A stretch of 64,000 nucleotides of DNA. It comes from Stylophora pistillata. Its lineage: Eukaryota. The DNA lies in assembly GCF_002571385.2 (NCBI RefSeq), contig NW_019217993.1:62307-126306 (forward strand), in the 5' to 3' direction. Position 1 is the stretch's first letter; each line of letters starts with the position of its first letter. Below are positions 26,090-38,442 of the stretch, in pieces. The position numbers and the translations under genes were made by a program. The notes under the pieces are model-generated. The model was not told where the DNA came from. It did no database searches and saw only the letters and a list, made by a program, of their open reading frames with translations.

Positions 26090-26295
26090 AAAAAAATCAG
26101 AAGAAGCCAGTGAAAACTTAAAATAAACGCGAACATTTTGCTTGAAGCCCGGGATAATCCAACTCACCATTTAGTGGTTGATCTAAGTTCTGAACGTGAC
26201 TAGTTAGGAGAGTGGTGCGAGTTTTCTAGAACAATGGTAAAGCGAAGTAAATCAGAATCAAAGGAGTCCAGTATTACCTTTGTAAATTGCTTTTA
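26090..26295. repeat. Interspersed repeat, related in inverted orientation to about 6030-6215
   Basis: GGAGAGTGGTGCGAGTTTTCTAGAACAATGGTAAAGCGAAGTAAA versus AGAAAACTAGCGCTACCCTCTC at about 6088-6109. Confidence 0.4.
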
Positions 26296-26423
26296 ATCCA
26301 TGTCAAATTAATTTGGAAATGTATGCCAAAGACGTAGTGGGAGATAATTGAACCAATTAAACATTGAGCTTGGCTGTAATCATTATTTCTCAGTTGATGC
26401 GTGCGTTGTGATTGATCAATTTT

Positions 26424-26508
26424 GCGTGCCGCGCTACGCTATGCGTGCCGCGCTACGCTATGCGTGCCGCGCTACGCTATGCGTGCCGCGCTACGCTATG
26501 CGGGCCGC
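26424..26508. repeat. Minisatellite, 19-bp unit GCGTGCCGCGCTACGCTAT, 4 copies plus a partial
   Basis: Four perfect head-to-tail copies starting at 26424, 26443, 26462 and 26481; no spacers. Confidence 0.95.
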
Positions 26509-29500
26509 CCCAGTTCAAGGCTACTTTTTTCAGTCGCTTAAGTCTCTCGCTATCTATCGCCAATCGCTGGGAACTAGTGACAAATTGAAATATTGAATGT
26601 TTTGTACTCTTAAGATCATGAGTTGATTAAAACTTAATTGTGAAGGACTTAACGATGAAATCGATTTAGCGCGTTTTCGTGTAGACTTCTTTTCGTCTTG
26701 TTAGAAATCGTTTTATTCCGTCATTTTCTAAAGCAAACTCCACAGACACGGAGAAAAGAGAAACTGTCTTGTTTCCTCGTTTTTAAGTGTGTTGTGTAAG
26801 TTATAGATCTTTGCTCATTTTTCTCCTGTTTCCATTTAGGACCCGCTCGCTTTAGGGGCTCGCACTTGGTTCATAATTTACAGATTGTACCTCGACCACG
26901 ATCAGTAAGAAGTACTTGTTTTTTGGTCAAGTTTCCTTTCCAAGTCCTTGCAAGTTATTCCGAGGGGCTAGGCTTAATTTACTAAAGGAAAACGGTTTCG
27001 GAATTTTGCCTCCAAAGAGTCAAATCGAATCTAATTTAAGCACAAAACTGCGAATTTGGATGATTGTGGTTAAATCTTTAATATATACCTTGCTATATTA
27101 GTTTTAAACACCAAAGAAAAACAGCCAAGAACAAATTTTGGGTATAATTACCCAGTTTAAGTAAAAATTAGACTGGAGTTATTTTTAAACTGTCACTTTA
27201 TATGTTTCTAATAAAATCTTAATGTTAAATTGTAAATTTTTTTGGATTGAGGAAGAAAAATGAAAATACTCACAAATTTGAATTTCACAAGTAAAAGATG
27301 AAGCCTTGTTGCTGTCTGTAAAATTTTGCCAGCTAATGAATTAACACATCAATTTTTAACATAAAAAAGATTTAAGAGCTCTTATCAAAACGGTAGCGCC
27401 GATAGTGAGAAATACTTTGAATATCCAAGTTTTTGATTGATGAAAAGTGTAAGACTGACAGTTCACCAATTTTCTGGTACAGAAAGCATGTCCTTCATGT
27501 ATTTTTCTGTTGTTCATATCCATCTTAGCGCAAAGAGCAGCTGCCAATATTATTGTGCAAAGGAGTTTCGTAACGAACGTTTATCATAATTTTGCAAACC
27601 TACCTGAATTTCGTTTCCTGAACTCTATGAAGTTTGACTTTTCAAAAAATGTTCTGCACACAATAACTACATATTCTGTACAAGGACTAAGTCAGATTCG
27701 TCTGCAACGATAAAGCTTTCGTTTCTTAGTTGACAGTTCGAAGAATTTCTATGTTCTGGCACATAGACCGATTTTCTCTAGGATGTAAACAGTTGGTTAA
27801 GTAAAATATTGTCAACCATGGCGAAATCCAATCAGAGAAGTTGGTTTTGTCACGTCAAATAGATTTGCATTTCCCATTTAGCAGGTCACGCGGAGATGTA
27901 TCTTCCCTCATCAATAATGTCAGTAATTTAAAATTGCATTAAAAAAATAAATTTGAAATGTAACCTTAAATCAAAGCTTTACCCGTCAAACTAATGAAGA
28001 AAATAATCTTTTTTTGGAGGGGGGTGGGGACTTGTTGCTGAGAAATTATGATTTTACCCTCAAACCATTTTAAAAAACAGGAAAACTACAAATAAGCTGC
28101 CATTTTTCATTTTTATGCAATTTGCTCCAAAGCCGTGGGATATAAATGCTACGTAAAACCACAAATCTCCCGGGATTTTACAAAGGGAAAACCTCAATTA
28201 CCGTTATCCGTTTGGTGGCATGTAGTCAATTCTTTAAGAATTACCATGGCCTTGTTTCGTAACGTGTCCTGCAATTTTTTTCACCAGGTTGAGCGAACTT
28301 ATTCTACTTTAAAAAGCGGTGTTGGTTTAGGAATTTAGGACTCGGGTGGTTTTGCGGTTTGGTCTAATTATGCACCAGCAAAATGTTAATGTCATGCTGG
28401 CTCCTCTCCAATGCATTAAAGATGCTATGAAGGAAGGAAACAAAAAAGTGTTCTGAAGTCAAGCTGATTGAATAGTTCCTGCTTTTATGAAGATCGTGAC
28501 AAATGACGTACTTATTGAATAAAATGAAGGTCTTCCAGTCCATGTGTCGATGCAAATTTTATGGCATTGAGCCTTACCCAGTGGAGGGGGGTGTTAATTG
28601 ATGTGTAGATCGAGTTAAAGACAAACTTTGATTTTGCACCTTTAAATCTTCCTAGCTCCAGGAGGATTATTGAAATGCTTTATTAGTGTTACTGCCAAAA
28701 GGCGTGTCCTTACGTGGCCGCTTACAGCAATGATTTCATACGCTCGATCGGAGGGAGAGGTTTGAACTAATGAAGAACCAACAAAAATACAAGTTTACAA
28801 AATTCAGAAATATAAAACTGAAAGGCGGCTAAAGCGAACGCGATGAACCTAATAACTAGGAACTTACATTGTATCGGCGCTGTAGGCCGCCAAAAAAGGC
28901 AACTCTAAACCAGATGTTCTCTCGGTGAAATCATGGTGAAATCAACGATGAAATTAAAAAGCTAGAATATTAACAACATGTAAATTATACCGAACGCGGG
29001 AAAGAAAAACAAAACGTATTCCCGAGGGAATGCTAATAAACTGAAATAAAATGCAAAGAATGCTAAATTCTACTATTAGTACGCCGAAATTACCAGCCCA
29101 CGTAAAGAATTCCTATTTCTTGCTGGTGATGAGTAAAAAAATTATCTTCACTACATGTAAAACTCACACTGTATAAGATCAAAGCCCCTTTATTTGATCT
29201 TTTTCCTTTGCTCGCTAAAAGCTACTGTGTGCTTCACTGAAGCATTCAACACGGCTATTAAAAACCCCTCAAAGTGACCCCTGTATCTGAAGGAAAATTT
29301 GTTAACGATTTTACAGCTCCAACAACGTCTCATTAATTCAGACATAAATAAAATTTGATTACATGATAAGTGAAACTGATATCACTTTTAACCCTACATG
29401 TGTCTCGTGCAAACGTCGACTTAACCTATCCTTTAAAGTAGAAATCAATAATAAAAAATATGAAGAATAAAAGTATCGATCCCTCCAAGAGAAAATCAAA

Positions 29501-30189
29501 GTGCCCAATCTAATTATTTGCAATTCGAATCCTGCAAAAAGGTTAAAAAAAACTGGACCTGACAAAGGAATGATACTTTCTTTGATATATACAGTATCAA
29601 CATGTCAAAAACAATTCCTAGAAAATAAATTTAAGCTCATAGAGGATACACAAAATCACGATATCCGTGACTAAGATTTAGAACGAAAGGTACCAGAGCA
29701 TGTTGTAACTTATAAAAGCTTAATGCATTTAACTAACCAAATGCATCTCTTACTATTGCTTAACGAAACTAAAATAACAAACTGAGGCAGTTTGATCACA
29801 TGATCTCTTAAGTGCCCGTTTTAAAAAATAAAAAAATCGGCTTCTTAGTAATTAACAAAAGCTTTTACTTTGCCAACTTTGAAAATTAAGGAAGTTTGGT
29901 ACGTAACTGAGCATGCAATCCGCACATTACTAATAGGGTTTATATAATAGATTGTGAAAGGCCAAGAAGGATACATTAGCATAAGGGAACTCTTTTCATC
30001 GTGGTAATTCCTGATTGTGATGTTCAATGTATTCTGGATAAATTATGGTCTTTAAAATACCCCCTGTAGTTATCTCAACGCCCTATATTTCAAAATAGTT
30101 GTCATTGTATTGTCCTTGAAAGAAAGATTTGCTCTCATTGTGATCACTAAAGCCTGGACTTAAGTCCTCTGGTTGAGTTTTCACTATCT

Positions 30190-33100
30190 TTACCGTTCAG
30201 ACGGTGAATGATTCCCTTCTCTGCCATAAGAGGCGCCTCCGACTCCTTCAGCTATCAAATTTCCGCCTACATTACCGAGAGAACTGCTAACTTCGATATT
30301 TCTTATTCCCAGAGAAGAAACCGTCGATTGATTAAGCGTGCCTCCTGTTATTGGATTGCCATGCCTTAGTGCAGAACTTGTACCCCCAAGGAACCCTCCG
30401 CTGACCATTCCGCTTGTGCTTGCCATTGGACCCCTGAGAGCGTCATAAATACCTCCTGTGGTGTGCATTGTATACCGAACCTTATCAAGAATGTCACCAT
30501 AGGATAGCCCTGAACCCGACAAAGAACTGCCATTAGCCAAACTCAGTCTTGGAGAAAGGTTTGGCTGAAAAATTCTGGTTTCCGTCCTCATGCCACTAAT
30601 CATTGAGCCAGTTGAAAGGTCGTTGGCTCCGCGGATGTCTGATTCTCCATAACGTCCAGAACCTGACCGGAATACATCTTTGCCATAGCTCTGTAAACAA
30701 ATTCAGTGATTCTCATGAGTAAGGTAGCAGTTGGCTTTATGATTGAAGTGTACCTCTTGTCCATAGCTGGTACCAAACTAAGGAACTGAATCTGATTTGA
30801 CTTAAAAAACTAAACTTTTAATATTAAAAGGATATCATTCTCACCATTTCCTCCCTGTTAGCAGTTTCTAAATCCTTGTTTCGTACTTCCAGAGTTTTCA
30901 ATCTGTCACCGATAACTCTGAGCTCTCGCTCCAGTCTCTCTGTTTTGGTTTTGAGAGTCATATTCCTTTGTTCCACCAAGTTGATTTGCTCCTTGTACTG
31001 TCGAACATCAGATTGAGCGCAATGATGACAAGTTTCGGAGCCAACCTGTTCAAAAGAGCCAGGCTTTTAGTACAACGATCATATAAAACCATTTCATAAA
31101 TACATCTTTACATAAGTAATCAGTTTAACATTTACTTACGAGGACACTTTTTACAGGTGTTGCCACCATATGCTTCCCTATAACGTTCGCCTTTCTCTCC
31201 ATATCCTCTCTCGCTTTGCTGAGCTTTCTCTTCATCTCTGCTTGCATTTTCTCCCGCTCATTTTCAAGCTCTTGCTTTTCACCCTCCAGAACATCACTCA
31301 GTTCAGATTTTTCCCTCCTCAGCTTATTGATTTCTTGCTGAAGGTCCTTAATTTTATCTTCCAGGGGCCTTTTCTCGCGTTGCACCCGCTCAAAGAACTC
31401 GTGTTCCATCTGAATTACCATCCTGCTTCTTGACTCCTGCTCTGTTTTTGCGCTAGCATTGGCTGCCACATCGTTCTTATGCAACTTATCTTGAATTTCT
31501 TTCCTCTGATTTTGCAGGAAAGATATTTGTGTCGTTAATCCTTTAATTGTTTGCTCAAATTTTTGTTTTTCATCGATCAGCATCTTTCTGTAATCTCGTT
31601 CCAGTTTTATTTTTAACTCATCTTGACTTTGGATAAGGCTCTTTTCTGCATTCATTTTTTGTTCCTGGTAACGCATTCTCTCGTTCCGTTGTTGGGCTTC
31701 CATATCCCTGACTTTTTTTTCTGTTAATGCTATCTTTCGTCGAAATTCATCAATGTTTCCTTGCAGTCTTTTTCGTTCAGAGGCCAATTTTTCTTCATAA
31801 TTTTCTTTTACTCGTGTTACTTCGTCATCTTTATCTCTCTCTGCTCTTTCCCGAATGGTTTTCTTTTCGACATCGTTGACTTTTGTCAGCTTTTCCATTT
31901 CTTTTTTGAAGCAATTCTTCATTTCTTTCTTTTCATTTTTAAGAGCGTTAACCTCCTGCGTCAGAGAATGTATTGCCTCCATAAACTTTCTCTTTTCGTT
32001 CTGCGACTGGCTTTGATAATCTCTCGTTTCTTCTCTGTACACTATAGTTTCATTTTCTAGACCAGCTCTTCCTCCCATACCATCTTCAACAGTTTTTCTT
32101 CCTCTTCCAACTCTGTTGTCATCTTCAAAACCATATTGGCTTGTTATCTTAGTTGACTTTCCGTCTCGAGCGCCCACATCATTTGGATTCCCGGGTTCTT
32201 GGGAAAAGGCTCTATCAAATTCTTGAAAGCCATATCGATCTCTCTTTGTTCCCGACGTTCCAACCATTGCTTTGGGACTTTTTTTGTCTTGAAGGCCATC
32301 TTCTCTTCTTGTTTCGTTAATCTGATCAAAATGATTTGAGTTGTCATAAATGGTCGACGCACCGATCATGCCTCTTGATACGGTACACTCCGCCGTACGA
32401 AGTCTTTCCTCGAATTCGGCCCTCTGTTTTAATAGCTCTTCATTTAGTATATCTATTTCTTTTCGGTGCTTCCTTTTCAAGTCTTCGATTTCGTCCTCGA
32501 GTAAACGGCGATAACTAGTAAGTTTCTCCTTAGCTTCTCTTACTTCGTCCTCTAACTTTGCCTTCTCCCTTGAGGCTCGATTCAAAATATCCCTTTTCTC
32601 TTCATCATATCTTCTCTCCATCTCCTGGACTTTTTGCTGAAACTCACTTTCTTTAGATTTCTTGCCGTATATTTCGTTCCTGGATTGAAATCGAGGTAAA
32701 TCTTTTGTTCCTTCAATGTTTGGAGGAGATCTCCTTCCTAAATTGCTAATACTGTGTTCTCTACTCTCTCCTTCTATGCCAATAAACCCCACACCGTCTC
32801 CACGGATACTCGACTCAACATCTTGCAGCCTTTGTTTCAGAGTTCTATTCTCTTTTTCAAAGTACTTTTCTAATGACTGTCTCTCTCTGTCAAACTCTTC
32901 TGACATTCGTCGTTTTTGTGCCTCAAGATTCTTGAGGTCATCTGCATGCTTTTTGTTTGCATCTTTTAACATAGCCTCTAAATGTTCCACCTCTTCCTTT
33001 AATTTTTCGTCTTGTGAATGAATAATGCGACTCCTACGATCTTTTGTAGCGCCATTATCCGAAGGGAGTGTAGTGAGGGAGCCCCCCGTTTGAGTCCCAA

Positions 33101-36100
33101 CGCTTGCTGATATTTGTCCTTCTAGGCGTAGTATTTTCTCCTCAAGCCTTCTTGTTGTTTCTGTTTGCACCTGAAGTCTTCTCTCACAAGCTTCTTTTGC
33201 TTTTGTTACTTCTTCTACGGCTCTAGCCTTCTCATTTTCGTAATTTCTTGTCAATGTTATCTTTTCTTGAAGGAATGAATCTTCAAGTTCCTGAATCTTC
33301 CGCGTGAATCGTTCAGCTTCTTCAGAAAGCTTTCTGTTTCGCCTTTCCACATCTTCCAGTGTGCGAGACAAATGGTCAACTTCGCGAGTGAGGTTTCTCT
33401 GGCCAGCTAAGAGTTCATCTCGCTTTCGAGTCACTCGAGTGACCTCTTCCTCAAGATCTTCGTTTTTCCTCTTGAGCTCTTTGTTCTTCTTAGCTTCGTT
33501 TTTCGATACCTCTAGCTTATCTGGAAGATCATCTATTTCACTCTGCAGTTCTTGCCGTTTTTTAACACTCTCTTGGTTATTTATCGAAGACCCTACATTG
33601 TGTGTTTGATTTCCTCTCAAAGTGGCCCCTTTGAAATTAGCATGGTCAATTCCTTTGTGATTCGCATCAGCCGATAGAATTTCGTTTAGTTTATATAGAA
33701 GTTTCTTATTCTCTACTTCTAGGTTTTCTCGTCGTCTAATCTCGTTGGCTAGCTGCACCTGGAAATCATTGTTACCTTGACCAGACCTGGAATTCATATC
33801 CGTCTGAACACCTGTACAGCTGGTATGATTTTCCTCGCTGTATATCAGCCCATTTCTGCCAGCTTCGGCCTCTTGCCTTCTTTTAGTTTCATCTATCAGT
33901 GACCTCTGCAATTTGCTGATCTGTGTCAGATACTCCTGAGTAATTTCATTGGCCTGTTTCTCTATCATCGCTTTTATTTCCATTCTTTCTCGAAGGAAAT
34001 CATCTTGTAGTCTGTGGTTTCTTTCTTTAAGGTCCGTGATATCAGCTAGCAGATACTTCATGTCGTTAGCAAGCCTTATCTTGCTTCTCTTTTCTTCCTC
34101 GTACCTTTGACGAACCATTTGAATATCCTGGTATTCCAAGTCTGCGCCAGAATATCGATCCCTGCTACCAACAGATGAATTTCTTAAGTCCTCTTTGAGT
34201 CTGTTCCTCTCTTCTTCCAGCCGTTCTATTTTGGATTGTAAATCCTTCTGTTGGTTCTTTACCAGTAGTGTGTTTGAAATCTGACTTTGCAGTCTCATTT
34301 CAATGCCATAAATTTCTTCTGAATGTCGCTTTTTCAGACCAGATATCTCGTCCTCCTTGTCATCTAGGGTTTTTTCGTTTTCTTTTAGAGACCATTCCAA
34401 TTTTCGGATTTTATCTTTCAATTTAGAAATCTCTGTTAAAGATTCTCTTCTTATTTCTTCTAACCTATTCTGTTGATGCTTGTTTGTTCTTTTCAACTCT
34501 CTTATGTTCCCCTCTAACCTCACTCTTTCACGCTTTAACTCGATAAACTCATTTTCTCGTGCTAGTCCAAATTCGATGTTCTTTAAGCTTTCTTGGCTCT
34601 CGTTTTTCTTACTTAAGACGTCTAGAATTGACCTGAATTCTCTGTTCTCTTTCTCTAACGCAAGAATATTCTTCTTATATTCTGCAAGATCTTCATCATC
34701 GTCATCTCGCTGTACTGTCAACATTCCCATGTCCAGTGTGTGTGTCCGAGCTTGAGATGACGCCCACTCGTTTAGTTTGCTTTGCAAGCACTCATTGTCA
34801 CGTCTCAGGGACCGGATGGTTTCATCAAATCGATTTATGTTCTCCAACATTTCTTGATACCTTTCTTCGAGGTAAACTTTTTCGTCATTTTCAGTTTGGT
34901 ATTCCCTTTCAAACTCCTCTTTCTGCTTCTTTTCGTTTTCATAAGCTCTCTCCAGGCGTTCCTTTTCACGTTTTATTTGATCACACTTGGATTTATAATA
35001 CTCACAGTCATTTGACAGTTGATTTGAATTCCTACTAAATTCTCTAACACTTTCATGGACATCGCAAGTCTGGGTAAAATCATAACCTTGCACCCTACTG
35101 TAGTCCTGTGATGAGACATCCCTCGGAGTCGTGATGTAGTCTATCAAGCTACTATAGTCTTTCAAGATATCGCAACAATGATGATGATCCTCCGTCCTTT
35201 GCAGTCTATCCTTACTTGAAATCACCAAAGTTTCTCTCTCTTTTCGTAGTTCGTCGTAACGTCCTTCTAAATACTCTTTCTCTTTCTCAAGTTTGGTAAT
35301 TCTTTCCAGGAATTGATCTATTAATATGTTATGATCGCAGGTCTCTTTCTGTGTTACTTCAGTTTGATCTGATGTGGTTTTTTTGTCAATTACCTTCTTA
35401 TCAACTTCGTCAGACTTCATTGCTTCGCTCTTTTTGTTGTCAACAACAGATGCAACGTCATCGATAGACTGAACCTCTTCAGATTTCGCTTGATTATGTT
35501 TCTTCTTCTTGACGGATTTTTCAACTTTCTGACTATTATCTTTTGACATCATTTCTTGGGTCATAATGCCTTCTTCTTCTGTACTCCACCGATGGCCATT
35601 TTCCTGGTCAACAATTGTCCCAACTACGTCCATGCTCCAACTTTGCTCAGGTTCTTGTTCCTCTAAGGTTCCTATTTCCTCTATACTCCAGCTGGATTCT
35701 CCAATATTCGAAACAGCTTCTGTTGTCTGTTTCACAGGTGCCTGCTCCTCTTGAATGAGACTATTATCCAACTGAACTTGTTTCTGACTTTCAGTAACTC
35801 TCCTGGCATCGTCCTCTTCTAATGGCTTTTCTTGCATTGTGCTTTCAAGCTGCTCTGCTTGCGTTGTTCCTCCTTCCACAAAGAAAACTTCTTGACTTTG
35901 CCTCTCCACTGGCAGCTGATGGAAAGACATTTCATGAGTCTGAACGCCTTCTCCAGCCATATTCAGTGGCACTTCTTGTATAGTCATTTCGCTCTTCTCA
36001 AATTGCTGCTCTTGAATCTCACCCCCTTCCACAACTGAAATTTCTTGGTTTTGCATCTCCAAAGGCATTTCCTGCATAGACATTTCTTTTGTTGGTACGT

Positions 36101-38442
36101 CTCCCCCAGCCATATCCAGCGGAATTTCTTGTATGGTCATTTCACTCATCTCAGATTGCTGCTCTTCGATCTCGCCCCCTTCCAGAACAGAAATTTCTTG
36201 ACTTTGTATCTCCAAGGGCATTTCTTGTATAGACATTTCACTCATCTCGAATTGCTGCTTTTGTATCTCGCCCCCTTCTGCAATGGAAACTTCTTGACTT
36301 TGCACCTCCAGTGGCATTTCCCTCATAGACATTTCCAATATTTTAGTTTCCCCTTCGGTCATATCCAGTGGTATTTCTTGAATTGTCATTTCATCCATTT
36401 CAAACTGCTCTTCTTGGATTTCGCCCCATTCTACTACGGAAACTTCTTGACTTTGCATCTCCAAAGGCATTTCCTTCATAGACATTTCCAATATCTGAGT
36501 TTCCCCTCCGGTCATATCTAGTGGCACTTCTTGAATTGTCATTTCATTCATCTCAAACTGCCGTTCTTGGATCTCGGCCCCCTCTACTACGGAAACTTCT
36601 TGACTTTGCATCTCCGGTGGCATTGCCTGCATAGACATTTCCAGTATCTTAGTTTCCCCTCCGGTCATATCCAGTGGTATTTCATGAATTGTCATTTCAT
36701 TCATCTCAAACTGTTGTTCTTGGATTTCACCCCCTTCTACTGCAGAAACTTCTTGACTTTGCATCTCCAGTGGCATTTCCTGCATAGACATTTCCAATAT
36801 CTGAGTCTCCCCTCCGGTGTTATCCAGTGGTATTTCTTGAATTGTCCAANNNNNNAGAGTTTTCATTCATCTCAAACTGCTGTTCTTGGATCTCGCCCCC
36901 TTCTACAAAGGAAACTTCTTGACTTTGCATCTCCAGTGGCATTTCCTGCATAGACATTTCCAATATCTGAGTCTCCCCTCCGGTGTTATCCAGTGGTATT
37001 TCTTGAATTGTCATCTCATTCATCTGAAATTGCTGTTCTTGAATCTCACCCCCTTCTACAAGGGAAACTTCTAGACTTTGCATCTCCAAAGGCATTTCTT
37101 GCATGGACATTTCCAATATCTGGGTTTCTCCTCCAGCCATATCCAGTGATATTTCTTGTATCGTCATTTCGCTCATCCCAGTTTGGTACTCACTATCCAC
37201 AAGTATTGTTTCTTGACTTTGCATTTCTAAAGGCATTTCCTGTATTGACATTTCCAGTATCTGGGTCTCTCCCCCAGCCATATCCAGTGGAATCTCTTGT
37301 ATCGTCATTTCACTCATTCCAATTTGGTACTCACCGTCCACTGCTGGCATTTCTTGTATGGTCATCGTACTCATCTCTAGTTGCTGATCGCTCCCTCCTT
37401 CCATAAATGCTATTTCGTGACTTTGTAGAACCATTCCCTTTCCCTGCATTGAGAATTCTTGAGTTTGTATTTCTCCTCCATTCATCTCCGATGTCATTCC
37501 TTGTATTGTCATCCCACTCATCTCAAGTTGCTGTTCCTGGGTTTCGCCTCCTTCAAATGCAATCTCTTGATTTTGTATCTCCAGACTTTGCATTTCCAGG
37601 GGAATTTGTTGCATAGACATTTCTTGCATAGTCATTCCTTCCATAGCCTTTTCTCCTTCCATCGTCATTCCTTCGATACCCACTCCTTGCATAGACATTC
37701 CTTCTATAGCCATTCCATCCATAGTCACTGACATATCTTGCAAAGACATTCCTTGCACGTACATCTCCTGCATCTGTATTTGTTGTTCATTGATTCCTGG
37801 TGACATTTCTTGCATCATTCCGCCTTGTCCCCTGGACATTCCTTCAACTTTAATCATTTGGCTACTGCTATCAAATGCAATCTCTTGGGATTGTATTATT
37901 GAACCATTCATCCCTTCTGCTGTCATTTCTATTACTTGCGTTGGACTGTATAATATCTCTGTTCCTTGTATAACGCTCCCCTCTACCTGCAAATTTTGAC
38001 CGCCATATTCTCCCGTCGATGACATTGACATTTGCATTTGCCCCGAATTATTTCCCACCATTACTTGTTGTCCGTCTATTACTTGATGCTGAACCCCATT
38101 TTGAATGTCGAACAGCTGTCCATCGAGTACCTGTGACTGCATTATGACTGTCATTCCTTCACCGTTCATTGAGTCCAACTGTTGCTCGCTCATCATCTGA
38201 AATTGCATTTGAGAATCCACATTTACACCTATCATCTCAGACGTCATCTCGAGGCATCCACCGTTTTGAATCTCAATCTGGCCTCCTACCATTTGACTTT
38301 CCATTTCAAACACTTCTTGAGATGCCATTGTAACGGGTCCTTCTTTTGCTGAGCTCGCTGTCTCCGTGCATGCTTTTTCATGCAAATTTTGTTCGGAAGG
38401 GTTGTTTTCGGTTTGCATCACCTGTAAGGTTTTGTCTACCAT
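30190..38442 (-). CDS. Giant coiled-coil protein B, about 2,670 aa, with Met/Gln/Glu-rich N-terminal repeats and a Gly/Ser-rich tail
   Basis: ORFs 36820-38442 and 31125-36866 form one exon broken by the N-gap at 36850-36855; donor CTC|GTAAGT at 31140; exons 30845-31045 and 30190-30690; all phase 0. Confidence 0.8.
35900..37640 (-). repeat. Coding tandem repeat, 153-nt/51-aa unit, about 10 copies plus degenerate units
   Basis: Unit IQEIPLDMTGGETQILEMSMQEMPLEMQSQEVSVVEGGEIQEQQFEMNEMT; 153-nt spacing seen directly (ATTGTC at 36688 and 36841). Confidence 0.9.
36850..36855. other. Assembly gap (6 N) within the coding tandem repeat
   Basis: NNNNNN flanked by near-identical repeat units. Confidence 0.95.

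Noticed and set aside
26424-26508. Possible CRISPR array
   Set aside because: Repeats are contiguous with no spacers, there are no cas genes, and the context is eukaryotic
36045-37731. His/Leu/Phe-rich + strand ORFs as metal-binding proteins
   Set aside because: Antisense mirror of the ATG/GAA/CAA-rich repeat in gene B
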